Shown here: positions 15,074 to 28,850 of the stretch, piece after piece | Numbering within the stretch: the first letter of the stretch is position 1 | How the letters are laid out: each line of letters starts with the position of its first letter | NCBI GenBank assembly: GCA_012295275.1 | Contig: CM022669.1 | Coordinates: 6,448,001-6,512,000 of the forward strand | DNA from: Chrysomallon squamiferum | Lineage: Eukaryota; Animalia; Mollusca | Length of the DNA stretch: 64,000 nt | Reading direction: 5' to 3' | Notes under the pieces: generated by a model | The model's input: only the letters and a program-made list of their open reading frames with translations | Told to the model about the DNA's origin: nothing | Databases searched by the model: none | Position numbers and translations under genes: made by a program

Positions 15074-16524
15074 GGATCGGCTCTTCTTATCAAAATAATT
15101 ATTTCAGTCAAGAAGATAAGCAAAAATCTGGGTTCCTTTGTCCAGCTAGAAGAAGCTTGAAGCAATAACACAGGTGTTGACTGTTTTAATAAGCCGGGTA
15201 AAACGTTAATGCTATCAACGATTTATTTGTTACTGATAACGTGTTGTGTAAGAGGCCCAGCTGAGGATCGAACACAAAGGAGACTGTTACAATTATAATC
15301 ATTTAGTATTTGGTATGACAGTGTGATAATTTGCAAATGACACGTGAACAAAATATAAAGTACTTAATGACTCGGAAAAATATAAGTTTAGGTTTTATCT
15401 TCAGACGATGTAAGTTTATCATCGTTATAATAATAATAATAATAACAACAACAACAACAATAACAACAACACTAACAATAACAACAAAATAACAACCGCA
15501 ATACTACTACTACTAATAATTATTATAATTATAATTATAATATTGTCTTCTTTCCCAATTTACTTCAAAACTTGTGATAGCTTATAGATTCATTTCAAAG
15601 GTTTGTTCCCGAACCTGGCAGTGAGATTATAACACATCTTAATTGGACACGCCAGTTGTTCCATTTCTGTCAGTTTATTGCTCACCCTTACTAATTGGTG
15701 TTCCGTCATCTTAACTGATGGCCCATCACCTTAGCTGATGTTCCCTATATCCACTGACGATTAATCATTCCATTGACGGTTGACTATTGATCGGTGATCA
15801 AAGCAATAACAAAGGGAATTAATTTCGATCAGACATAACAAACGTCATATAGTATTTATATTGGTCTCCAAATCTTACGTTGTAACATTAATTTCCTTGC
15901 AACCTCTACTCTATCTACTCTCTTCATACATCTCTTAATTGATCTTGTTAACCCCACATGTCTTAACTGGTAGTATTTCTTGTCTCCAAAAATTTTTACT
16001 GAGATATAACATTAATTTCATTTCTCCAAACATTAATTTTCTTGCAATCTCTATTCCGGCTTACCTCTGCTCTTCACTGCTCATTAAGGTTAATCTCATT
16101 AATCGCCCCCCTCTGTTCTTCAACAATCATTTAATAGGAAAACAAAGTCCTTCTCAAAGCATACTTTTTATGCTATAAGTTACTTTATAATAGTAATATT
16201 CGGAAAGAACAACTACAATAATAATGACATTGACCATGACGATTATGGCTGATGATAAAAAAGTTGGTAGCAAACTGTATTACGTAAGTGTGAATAGTGA
16301 TTAACAAACCGTAAAAAGCAAGTATTCACTTAAAAACTGAAATACTGTAGCTTACCAGACTAATAACGACGACGACAGTGATGACGTAGCTGTAATGATG
16401 AAGGTGATGAGGATTAAAGAATATAACAGTCCGTTAAAAAACTATAAATAAAATAGAAATAATTGATAAAACTTTTATTTTTGAAATATTAAACAAACAG
16501 CAAAACGACAACAAAAAATTAAAA

Positions 16525-16580
<56 letters not shown>

Positions 16581-16613
16581 AATATTAATAATAATAATAA
16601 TAATAATAATTAA

Positions 16614-16644
<31 letters not shown>

Positions 16645-16706
16645 AAATATAATAAATTTAAAAAGGTATTTATTATTTATTATTATTTATTATTATTATT
16701 ATTATT

Positions 16707-16747
<41 letters not shown>

Positions 16748-17210
16748 ATTCGTGTTTAATTTAAAACAAAACAAAGAAGATTAAAATAAACATCAAACTT
16801 GACTATTTTTTTAAAAAAAGACTTCACACGCACCCAAACAGGGCCCATCCATCCGAACTGTCACTTGCAAGTGAGGGTAACGGATTTCGTACGGAGAAAT
16901 TTGAAGTTTAATCAAAATGTATTGACTGTTATCACGTGCAGTCAGCTATTGGCTGAAAGATAAAGACCGGGGTGCTCCGGCTACATTTGTTATTTCTCGA
17001 GTCTCACGTCAATGTAAAATGCCTCGTAAATCTGCACGAACATACGAATTTAGTTGTCTTGAAGTACAGAGACCTTTCCTCATACACACACGTGTCCGAG
17101 ATCTAAACGTTGTAATCTTTCTGTGAATTTTTGCTCGATGTATTTAATAAGGTTTGAAGTTCATCGAGGTTAAAGGAGCGTGGGCTAAGAGAGATGGGAA
17201 AAAAGGGAAA

Positions 17211-17306
<96 letters not shown>

Positions 17307-17748
17307 TTTCAGTTTTATTTAATCGAAATATGACCTGTAATAATAGTTTAAAAAAAAAAAAAAAAAAAAAAATACTCTTTAAAATAAATTAATAGTTCTA
17401 TATTTTAAACTCAGTCAAGACCATTTATTTATTTATTTATTTTATTATTATTCATTTTTTTCTCTTACTTTATATATATATATATACATATATTCACAAA
17501 CTGAACGATCGATTTAATTTTACATGAAATTAAAATAAATAAAAAATAAATAAATAAATAAACCGAAATACACCTGGCATCAAAAAAATTCTTGCACCGC
17601 CGTCAAACGCAAATCACCTGGATTGTAATATTGTTCAATAATAAAACGTGGAAACAGTCTAATAAATTATTTCCCTTGCGTTGTTTGCTGTCGAGCCGAA
17701 GCCTAGGCGTGGTGGTGTTTGTACATACACTTCAAAACTGGATGAGCT

Positions 17749-17779
<31 letters not shown>

Positions 17780-18925
17780 GTCGAGTTTACAACCCCGCCA
17801 TGATAAAATAAGGTGGACTCTGTAACGCAGTAATTGGTTATAAATTTTACTGCCAGTTTGCTACATTTCCATAACGAGGCCGGAAGAGAAGGGAAACGCG
17901 GAGCAGCTCAGGATAAGAGAAAGTTTTATGACTCGCTTGCTTTTCCGAGCGGCAGGTGTTTGAGACAAAGATTAGACTTGCGGGTTGCTTAAGGGAACAA
18001 ATAATGTCGAATCAAGGGGTTGGGGGAGACGGTCAGAGGTTGGAGGGGTCTGAATTTTTTTGACTTAACAAGGCCCTAACGTTATCCAAAAAAAGCAGAG
18101 GCCCTGTTTGGTAAATTTAGACAGAATAAGTTTCTGAACAGCTCTGCTCTTTTAGGGAACCAGTGGATGATTTAGCTGAAGGATAAATACAGCATAGAGA
18201 ATAGTGCTGTTGAATTTTTGTATTATTATTATTATTATTAGTTGTTGTTGTTGTTGTTGATGATGATGAGGTAGTAGTAGTTGTAATAATAGTGAAGACA
18301 TTTAACATAATTATCAACAAGTAATTTTTTTTTTTCTTTTGATGATAAGAGAGAGAAGAAGTCTGCAGACATTAGTCCGTGGTTTTTTTATTCATTATCA
18401 GCAAGATTTGAAAACCTCAAACACTCATACAAGATACCAGCCTGTTTTTAAGTTCTGCAAGTTCTCTCCAAACAGAGAACTAATTTTCAAACTATATTTT
18501 TTACTTTTTTTTTTTTTTTTATTATTATTAATTTTTTTTTTTTTCACTTTTTATTACTTTTTTGTTTATTATTTTGTTTTTTTTTTTATTATTATTTTTT
18601 TTTTATTATTATTATTTTAATGAAGTTTGTAACCCCTTTCGAATCCTTTATATGTCAAGACTTGTTTTTATTGTCGCTGTTTCTATTCATATGCCGAAAA
18701 CCTGTTTTCTGATATATTGTCTTATAACTGTAGTTTACGTTAATTATCCATTGTAAAATACAAAATCAGATTTAATAAGATAAATCGCGCAACAATTCAT
18801 TTAAGAAAAAATTCTAAGATTTTGCTTGTTTTTTTTTTGTTTTTTTAAGAAGCAATTCAGAACAAATTTAAATATCTACCTGTTGACAGTTATTTGTGAT
18901 TTTTATAATTTATTATTTTTCATAT

Positions 18926-18926
<1 letters not shown>

Positions 18927-18958
<32 letters not shown>

Positions 18959-19022
18959 CAGTAGTAGTAGTAGCTGTAGTAGTAGTAGCAGTAGTAGTAG
19001 TAGCTGTAGTATTAGTAGTAGC

Positions 19023-19066
<44 letters not shown>

Positions 19067-19270
19067 CAGTAGTAGTAGTAGTAGTAGGTGTAGTAGTAGT
19101 AGTAGGTGTAGTAGTAGAAGTAGGTGTAGTAGTAGTAGGTGTACTAGTAGAAGTAGTAGTGGTGGTAGTAGTGATAGTAGTACGCATAGCTGTAGCAATA
19201 GTAATAGTTATATTACGAATAGTAGCAGTAGTAGTTGTTGTTGTAGTAGTAGTAGCAGCAGTCGTAGTAT
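18927..19270. repeat. (GTA)n compound microsatellite
   Basis: direct reading. Confidence 0.95.
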
Positions 19271-19377
19271 AGTGATTGTCCTACTGATGGTTGATGTCGC
19301 CATTATCATTACTTTTTATTGTGATCAATAAAAATAGCATCAACAAAATTATAATCATCATCACCATCATCATCATT

Positions 19378-21921
19378 CAGGCGTCGAAATAAGGATCGTT
19401 TCTGGTATCCCATTTAGAGGTTACCACAAAACAGGAGCTGGTAACCTATAGGTTACCACAAATTTATCAAGTTTAAGATTCCCATTATTAATGTTGTGAA
19501 ATCCCTTACATATATGCATGGTGAACAGTATAATATATTTGTTATTTATCCATGTCACTTTTCTCATTGTATTAATACTTTGGTGTATAGGTAAAGTGTA
19601 CTCCATTTAATAACTAAACAAAACAATAAAACAAATCATGAAAATTTGTGTTGTTTTTATTGTTTTAATTAACTCATCAAACAATACTGATATGAGAATC
19701 TGAATGATGAACTTGTTTCAGTTAGCACTGTGAGTTGTCACTGTCATCAGTGTCTGAAGTATCAACTGCTTCACTTTGAGCATCATCCAAGTCCTCTGAT
19801 GTTGTAGTAGCAAGAAAGTCCTCTGCACACATTAGTTCATTGCAGGTTATTTTTATCACATCTGAAGAGGGCACAAGTAAGTATGTGTCTTGGGAGTGAC
19901 AATGAGTCTTCAATCATGTTGTTGTCTGTTGTACAAGATGCTGGTCTTTTTCTTCGTTTTTTATCATCTGCATACAAGGAAACAGCTTCGTCTGTAAGTT
20001 TTTGTTCATATGAAGAGTCACAGCTTATAAGTGCAGGCAGGTTAACTCTAATCACCAGCAAATCATCCATTGTAGAATTGGACATGTTCAACCTGGTATT
20101 TGTCACCTGCCGATTGAGAGCGCTTATGCCCCTCTCAACACTTGTACTAGCAAGTGCAACCGCCAATAAGACGAATGTGTGGATATTCAGAGTGATGATT
20201 CTGAATATTTGACACCACATGCCTTGTTTACTTTGGAAGTGACTGAATTTGTTTGCCACAAGTTTCTTTAAAACCCTCCATTCAGAAACAGCCATATCTA
20301 TAGCAAAGTTGTGGTAAGCTGGGCTTTCAGCAAAATATTTAGATAACAGTTTAATTTGTTAGAAGCCATATTTTGGATGAGATATATCCCACTGAGTGTG
20401 TGATCGGCTATATTCATTGCCTTGAAGATAGGGTCATTCAAAGAATCCATTCATTTAATCACCTGTGTTGAAGTTGCTGGGATCAGTTTTGTTCTTTTAT
20501 GTTTCACAGTCTCGCGTCCCTGGTGAGCATGGTTATGAACAAACTTTTCTTTTAGTCTAGACTTTTCGTCTGGTTTGCAAACTTTGTCTGAAGCCTGTAT
20601 CATGTTTTCCGCAAATAAACATAGAGGCAGAAAGTTTATGATCATAGATGTGATGGCCCTGTATTTATGAATTTGAAATCGTGTACCAGAAGCTTTCAGT
20701 ATACGATGGACTTGAACCGCTAACCGCTCTGCAATAAGTAGCAATATTCTCCAACACTTGGCACTGATTCTTGAAAAACGTAAACAGATTCATGTCATGT
20801 CATCCACTTTTGCAAAGTCACCAATTTCAGCAAATGCATTGTAGACAACCAGTTCAATTCTGTGTGCAGAGCAATGAATTATTAGCAACCATTCCCTGCC
20901 TTCAGTTTTTATCACATTTAGAGCACCATTCAGTTTACCAACATTAACATTTGCTCCCTCTGCACAAGCACAAATAAGATATTTTGTGTACTTTTCACCA
21001 TAATCATGGAAAGCATCATCTATAGCATGTTTGATACTGTTTGCAGTTATTCCACCGAAGTTGCTCATTTTTTTGACATTTAAGTAATAGTTCAACAGGC
21101 TGGCCCTCAGGACAGTCTTCACATAAATTAAATACTTTTTCGTCTTTAGTTTTGCGAGCTTCTGAGCCGTCTTGTTCAACTGACCTAAAAGTTGGCACAT
21201 TGTATCATCTGTTTGATATCATCTCTCATTGCTTAGGCAATATAGTGAACAAAGTCCCTACATGAGTGGTCATTGCTCTTCCCACTTATAAACTGGACCT
21301 CATTCTTCTTCTGCAAGGCAATCAGGGACTGGTAGTCAGACATAGGTCTTTCCTGCATAACCAACCACAATGCTGTATTGCAATGATTTTTATATTGTTC
21401 TTTACCTGTTTGTTTTTTTCAAATAATTTTCCAATTGAATTAGAATATGTAACTTTACGATTTACTTTCACACTATCAGAAGCTGAATTTGTTTGAGAGT
21501 CTGAACTGTTTTGTTAAAATTTCTTTTTTGCCCAGTCGTGAAGGCTATCTGTTTTCACAGGCCTTTGCACAATTGATTTGTGTATGTAGCCTGTGAGGCC
21601 ATTGATATAGGCAAGTAATCCTTCAAGCGACTTACCAGTTACACGTCTTAACTTGGCTTCGTTTCTTATTGACGTCACTAAACATGTGACGTCACACCGT
21701 GGATGCGTCTAAAAAGTGGAAGCATTAAAAATCGGTAGGCGGTAACTTACGAGAAAAACAGAAAAAAAAACAAAAAAAAAACGGAATTTCGGAATCAATC
21801 GCCACGATGTTTTTCGCCGAAAGTTTCGAAAAGGAAATTAACCGTTCACTGAAGGACTTTATTGATAGGTGGTAACCTCCCGGTAACCTGGACGAACGTT
21901 CTCGACGTTTTTCGATGCCTG
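19378..21921 (-). mobile_element. Decayed hAT-superfamily DNA transposon (ZNF862-like transposase), 2544 bp
   Basis: TIRs CAGGCGTCGAAA (19378-19389) and TTTCGATGCCTG (21910-21921), 1 mismatch; ATCATT flanks both ends; transposase fragments inside. Confidence 0.88.
19837..21200 (-). pseudogene. Frameshifted hAT transposase
   Basis: Fragments in several frames: DGSEARKTKDEK (first catalytic-D region), CAEGANVNVG (DGAxVNxG with D to E), IHCSAHRIEL (CxxH motif), ASGTRF, and STSVERGISALNR...R (C-terminal dimerisation domain). Confidence 0.88.
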
Positions 21922-22679
21922 ATCATTACTGTCATTATCTTGAGAACGCAAATGTTGTTGTTGCTGTTTTTTGTTGCAGCTCTGATCTGGGTTCTTCTAG
22001 TGCTGTAATGATGTATCAAAATTGTCGTTATAATTTATCATGATCAATAAAAATGGCATTATCACAGTAGCGACCGTTTTTGTTACTAATGTTTTTTTTT
22101 TTTTTTATCGTTCATTTTTTTTTTTATCGTTGTTGCCGTCGTCGTAACTAACATAATGATAATGACTGCAAAAACACGTAACACTAACAACCACATTCCC
22201 AGGTTATTCACATCTTCTGAGTCCACACGTCCTTGTGTGTAAACCTTGGTCCCTTGGGCGAACACAACGACGTCATCTTCATCAAACACGCCATCGACGC
22301 CGTTATTTGCTGGATGTTCATTTTAATATTTCCGTGTCGAACGTTTACAATCAATAACCAAATGTCGCGAAAACTGACACGTTGAACTCGGCCAGACTGT
22401 CGCTAGATCTCGACAGTTTGGTTCAAAAACTTAATGTTCACTTTTTTTTCTCCATTTTGCTGTCTGATTTTCTTTTCGTCCGTCTGCCTGTCTCTCTCTC
22501 TGTCTTTCCTTTCTCTCAGACACAGACTGCGTCATTATCGGTCTTTTTCTGACTTGCTTTTGCTGTTTACTTTTCTATCTATATATCTCTGTCTGTCGGT
22601 CAGTCAATCATCTGTAACCTATTTATCTTAATATATATCTTCGTATATGTGTTCCTCATTGCACAATGTCTCTTTTCTG

Positions 22680-22806
22680 TGTGTGTGTGTGTGTATGTAT
22701 GTGTTAACTTTTAACAGTTCGTCTCTCTCTCTCGCTCTTTCTCTCTCTCTTTGTGTGTGCCTGTTAACTTTTAACATAAGACAATATCTTTCCACAGATA
22801 TCAGTT

Positions 22807-22851
<45 letters not shown>

Positions 22852-23008
22852 CTCTTTCTCTCTCTCTTTGTGTGTGCCTGTTAACTTTTAACATAAGACA
22901 ATATCTTTCCTCAGATATCAGTTCGTCTCTCTCTCTCTCTCTGTTCGTGTGTGCCTGTTAACTTTTAACGTAAGAGAGAATAAAGCGTTATCTCTCCACA
23001 GATAACAG

Positions 23009-23099
<91 letters not shown>

Positions 23100-23180
23100 C
23101 TCTCTCTGTTTGTGTGTGCCTGTTAACTTTTAACGTAAGAGAGAATAAAGCGTTATCTCTCCACAGATAACAGTTCGTCC
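22680..23180. repeat. Composite minisatellite: GTGTGCCTGTTAACTTTTAAC...TATCT(T/C)TCCACAGATA + (CT)n, about 4-5 units
   Basis: near-identical units separated by variable CT tracts. Confidence 0.9.
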
Positions 23181-24047
23181 TTCTCCCTGATTAAACATCT
23201 ACTTCTCGGGTCTTCCACTCTGATGTAACAACCATGACAGACACACGTTAAAACGTCATCACAGCCTGATAAAACAACGTGGGTCACGATGATGCTGAGG
23301 TCAGGAGGTTTTGCCCGAGTGAATGTCACTCACAGTTTGCGTGAACTGAGATAAGAGAAATTTAAATAATTAAAAAAAAAAAAATTGGTGAAAATAAAAT
23401 TGGTTTCTTAATTGTATAATTGCCTCCCACGAAATCTTCACCATTTTTGGTTTAATGCCGCTACCATAATAAAAACTTTCTGAATCATTTAGCCATTAAT
23501 ATATTTACCGTTTGCTGACATTATTATATTTATTAGGTTGAGATATTTGAATACCTACAGGGGTATGATGTTTTTGTCTTAAGGAAGTGAGCGTAAAAGT
23601 ATGATATATAAGTACAGATGAATGGATGTATCTGTTTGAGTATATATGTGATGTACACTTGTATTGTATTTTATTAAAATATGTATGTGTTTATATATAT
23701 ATATATATAGGTAGATAACTATGAGTGTATTATTTATTATGTCTATTATTTTATTATTTATTTATTTATTTTAATTGCAAAAAAACGGAGAGAATGAATG
23801 AAAATATGAAAAACAAATATAGAAAGAGAGGAATATAGAATGAAAGATGAGAAGAAAGGATGAATAAAAAAGATGGACTGAAAAAAATATAGATGAATGA
23901 AAGCAAAACCGAAAAAAAAAAAATGAAAAAAATGAAACAAGAAACGAAAAGAAATAAAAACTGAAACACTGAAACAAACACAGAAAAAAAAAAAAATTCA
24001 TCTGGGGTCACAAAACATATGTACCCAATGTCCTAGACTTCCAAAAG

Positions 24048-24091
<44 letters not shown>

Positions 24092-25009
24092 ACCGGGTCT
24101 CGGTGACTGACGCGAGGTCAAGGTCACAGTTTACCGTTATTTCGCACGTTGCCGTCTCACTTTGGTGTGAAATACGACAGACTGGTGCAAACTGAAACAC
24201 CAGACTTTGCCCAAGAAAATGTTCCTCTCCCCGATCAACTATGGACGACCATTTGGGCCATAATTTCGGTATCGCTATATAACACGCTTGATTTTACAAA
24301 ATATATATAAACAATATAAAATATAAATGTTCAGTTACACATACACATACATACATACATATATACATACATACATACATACATACATACATACATACAT
24401 ACATACATACATACATACATACATACATACATACATACATGCATGCACTCACAGATATACACATACATAAACACACACTACATTTCTAATACTTAAAGCT
24501 TATACAGTATAATTTTCTTTAAAACACATGAGTTGAAATGCATTTATAAGCATATAATTTATATGACTGGATAATATTTATTCATTATATACACATATAA
24601 CTATTATTATTAGTAGTAGTAGTAGTAGTAGTAATATTAGTATTGTTGTTGTTGTTATACATGTAATAATAATAACAACAACAGCAATAATAACAATAAA
24701 TAAATAAATGTACACTTCACTTTGTTTTTTTTTATAAAATAAAAGTCTAAAATGTTTAACAATGACTCAAATGGCTCACCATACTTCATGGGACATTTCA
24801 ACGGAAGATCTGTTCATGGTAAATATCTTGTTACAAGGAAAACACGGGTCATCCCTAGTTATGTAAACAAGTAGATCGATCTACATGAACAGTTTGGCCC
24901 TCTTCTTGTCTGCGAAAAAACATACAAAAATGATTTAATAATGTTAAAAAAAAAATATATATATATATATATATTTCTGAAAAGTACGCAATGTACGTAG
25001 ACACATACA

Positions 25010-25040
<31 letters not shown>

Positions 25041-25054
25041 CATACATACATACA

Positions 25055-25088
<34 letters not shown>

Positions 25089-25175
25089 CATACATACATA
25101 TAGGCCCAGTATTACTCACTCGTGCGAAAGAAATTAATTTGAAGTGTTCATAATAAATTTTTATTCTATTTATTA

Positions 25176-25235
<60 letters not shown>

Positions 25236-25432
25236 TAATGACAGTTTTAATTTATAACCAATCAGTGCCAAGTCTATATTTACTCCTTTCCGAGATGTCA
25301 ATGACCTTCAAACGCTGACCTCGAATCCGGCATCTTTCGTTACGAATCAAATTGTAATCTCTGTCACTTTTAAATTTCATCTATCTGTGTGATAATTTTA
25401 TTTCATTTGTATTTATTATTATTTATTATTAT

Positions 25433-25530
<98 letters not shown>

Positions 25531-25770
25531 TGTTTATTTAACAAAAAAAGAAACTATACAAGTGTCAAAATGTATTTAGGATTTAGACTAAAAGCAACAC
25601 TTTTGTTTTACGAAACAAATTACACTGTATCTATATTTTCACCCATCAAATTATTTTTTTGTTTTTGTTGTTTTTATTTGTTGTTGGGTTTTTTTACTTT
25701 GTTTTAATTGTTCTTTCCGGGTTTTTTTTTGGGGGGGTGTTATTTTTTTTTATTTTTACATTTTTAAATT

Positions 25771-25801
<31 letters not shown>

Positions 25802-25878
25802 TTTTCATATATTTATTTTTTCGACAGGAAACTATATAACTGCAAAAAAATCTCTCTCCTTCTTCCTCCCTTCCTCCA

Positions 25879-25945
<67 letters not shown>

Positions 25946-27755
25946 CATATATAAGAGACACACACAGACTAACTTGAACGAACCTACCACTTTAAAAAAG
26001 TAGACCTTGCTAGTGAAACAGATATCTACAGTTACATCGGTTCGTAAGACAGCGGATTTGTTGGTATCAAGTCTCCTCTAGAAAAAGGTCTCCGGGTGTA
26101 ACGAAGCTAATCACTGGGAAATGATAAGCGCGCACGGCAAGCGGGGCGCGAGGAAGGGATTACGTCGACGTAGGTGATGTTTTGGCGCCGTCTTCTACAA
26201 AATGATGACAAATAAATTGTCGAAAGGCGGCCATTGTTGAAGACGAACACAGATGGTGTTACAGGAAAGTGGCTGTTATGTGCTGTCATTTGTGAGACGT
26301 TTTCTGAAATATCTGTTGATTTTTTTTTTTTTTTTTTTTTTTTTGATGGGGACAGGGGGTGCGGCTGGAAAAACTGTTTTACTGAAAATGCTGAGAAATA
26401 TTTATAATATATAATTAATTATATGTTTGATTTTTATTTTTATTTTTTATTTTTTTTTTTTTTTTTTTTTTTTTTCAGGATGTTTTTGTTTTGTGAAGGG
26501 TTCTCTCGAAAAATTATTTAATTATATTTTATATATTTATTTATTTAATTTTTTTTTTTGTAAAAAATTTTTAAAGAAAAAACGAACCGCTTTGGTCTCA
26601 AGATGTAATTATTAAGTGTGGATACTTGTTGTTATCAGAAAAGTGTTAATGTATGCGTGTCGTGGACTCATTGTATAACTTCACCAGAGAGTTTTGTTCA
26701 AGATGTTTTATTTAACGATCCACTGGTTTTTAGTCTCGAGTTTTTTTTAAAATAAATTTAAATAATAAATTTAAATTTAAATCAAAAAGTGGATAGATGT
26801 GTTTCACATGTAAGAATGTTTTTTTTTTTTTCTACCACTACGGCTATTTTTGTTATTATTATTATTAATAGAAGTAGTAGTAGTAGTAGTAGCAGCAGAG
26901 TTTTTCTTGTTGTCTTTTAGTTATTGGTGGGTTTTTTACGTGTCTTTATATATATATATATTAAATTAAAAAAATAACAAATGAAAAAACATATATATAT
27001 ATATATTGTTGGTTTTTTTCATTTGTTATTTTTTATTTTATTTATTATTTATTATTTGTGTGTGTCTTTATTTCTTACTTTCGCTTTTTCTTCACTCAAC
27101 TTAACTTTTTTCCTTCTTCTTCTTCTTTTTCTTCTTCTTCTTCTAGAAGTACATGATACAAATCCAGCTGACATTTCGTGGGAGTCGTGCGGCAGGAAGA
27201 ATAATCGCGACTGAAATCTCTCACCACCAGCGTCCTAAGATGACCCGCGCTTTACGCTGTCCTCAAAATGTTTACCTATGACGTCATCATGCAAATAAAC
27301 ACCGACTCACGGATGGGTCGACATTTGGGAATGGAAAACATCTCGACAGCCTTATAAATAAAAGACGAGGCGTTAGTATGGCATAGCTGTGCCACAATTC
27401 AAATAAAATATCGACTTTTGGCAATAAATATCTACTGTTGATCAATGGAGCGCCTTACATGCACCTAGCAGGCTAAGACTGGAGTAACGTGCATAGCATG
27501 CGGATACGACTTCGTTTAATAACTGTTACATCACGAACAAATGTTTTATTAGGTAATCAGGTCACGTGTTCCGTGCGAGGAATGCTGGGAAACTGTTGAA
27601 TGTTAAAATAACGTATCGGCGGAGGGGGGGGGGTGATTGTTATGGGTTTTAGGTTGCCGTGTGTATTTTTCTTTCTTTCTTCCTTTTTGTTTTCCCCCTA
27701 CTGAATTTGAAATTTATGTTAATGAAAATACTTTTAATTTAATAATATATGAAGG

Positions 27756-27804
<49 letters not shown>

Positions 27805-28817
27805 TAATGTAAATAATGACGATGATAATGACGACTATCATGATGATAATAACAAAAGTTTTTATTTATTTATTTATTTATTTAACTATTTACCCAGTTT
27901 GCTTTTTTTTCGATCTGTCATTTTCTTACTATAATTATTATATTTTATTTTCGACGTGACAGTAATAATAATGTTGGAAAATAATTTATTTAAACATTTG
28001 TTTAATAAAGCTTCTGAGGTATATGATGTCACAATAATGTTAATAATAAACACTGATTTGATATCGCAATTTAATTGTTTTTTTTTTTTTTTTATTATAA
28101 TTTTATTATTTTAGTCTGTTTTTTTTTTTTTTGACTAATTTTTGAAACATATTATCCGTAGTCTGTTAATTTTTTACACACATTAAATTTTGTTTATATA
28201 TATATATGTTTTATGTATCATATATATATGTTTTATATATTATATATACATATATGGAAACCTTACGCCACAAACAGCGATAATCTCACGTCATAATCTC
28301 CTAGGTAACCATATTCTCTAATGACTAGGAAACCTCAGGTATGTACATTACTCGGTTACCTAATTAGTATTTATATTTTCTTTCATTTATTACGTCATAA
28401 GTTGTTATTTTCATTTCAGTTACAAACAAATAACAAAAAGTTACGAACAGAAAAGTTATAAAATATTGTTAATGTTTAGTGGGGGGGGTGTTGGTATTTT
28501 TTAATTTTTAATTTTTTTATAAATTTTTTTTGAATTTTGTTGTTGTTATTATTGTTATTGTTGTTGTTATTGTTACTGTTGTTCTCTGTTGTTGTTTATA
28601 TTTTGTTGCTTTTGTTTCTTTCATGTTTTTGTTTGTTTTTTTTTGTTCGGTTTTCTTTTTTTATTATTATTTATTTGCCTTTATTTTTGCTGCTACTGCT
28701 TTTCTTGTCTTTTTCTTTTACTTCTTTTTCTTCTTCTGTGTTATTGTTATTGTTATATTTCATTGTTGAGAGAGGTATTTTCTTCCAGTTTTTATTATAA
28801 GTAATACTATTATTATT

Positions 28818-28850
<33 letters not shown>

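Noticed and set aside
19883-21496. Plus-strand ORFs inside the transposon
   Set aside because: Antisense shadows of the minus-strand transposase
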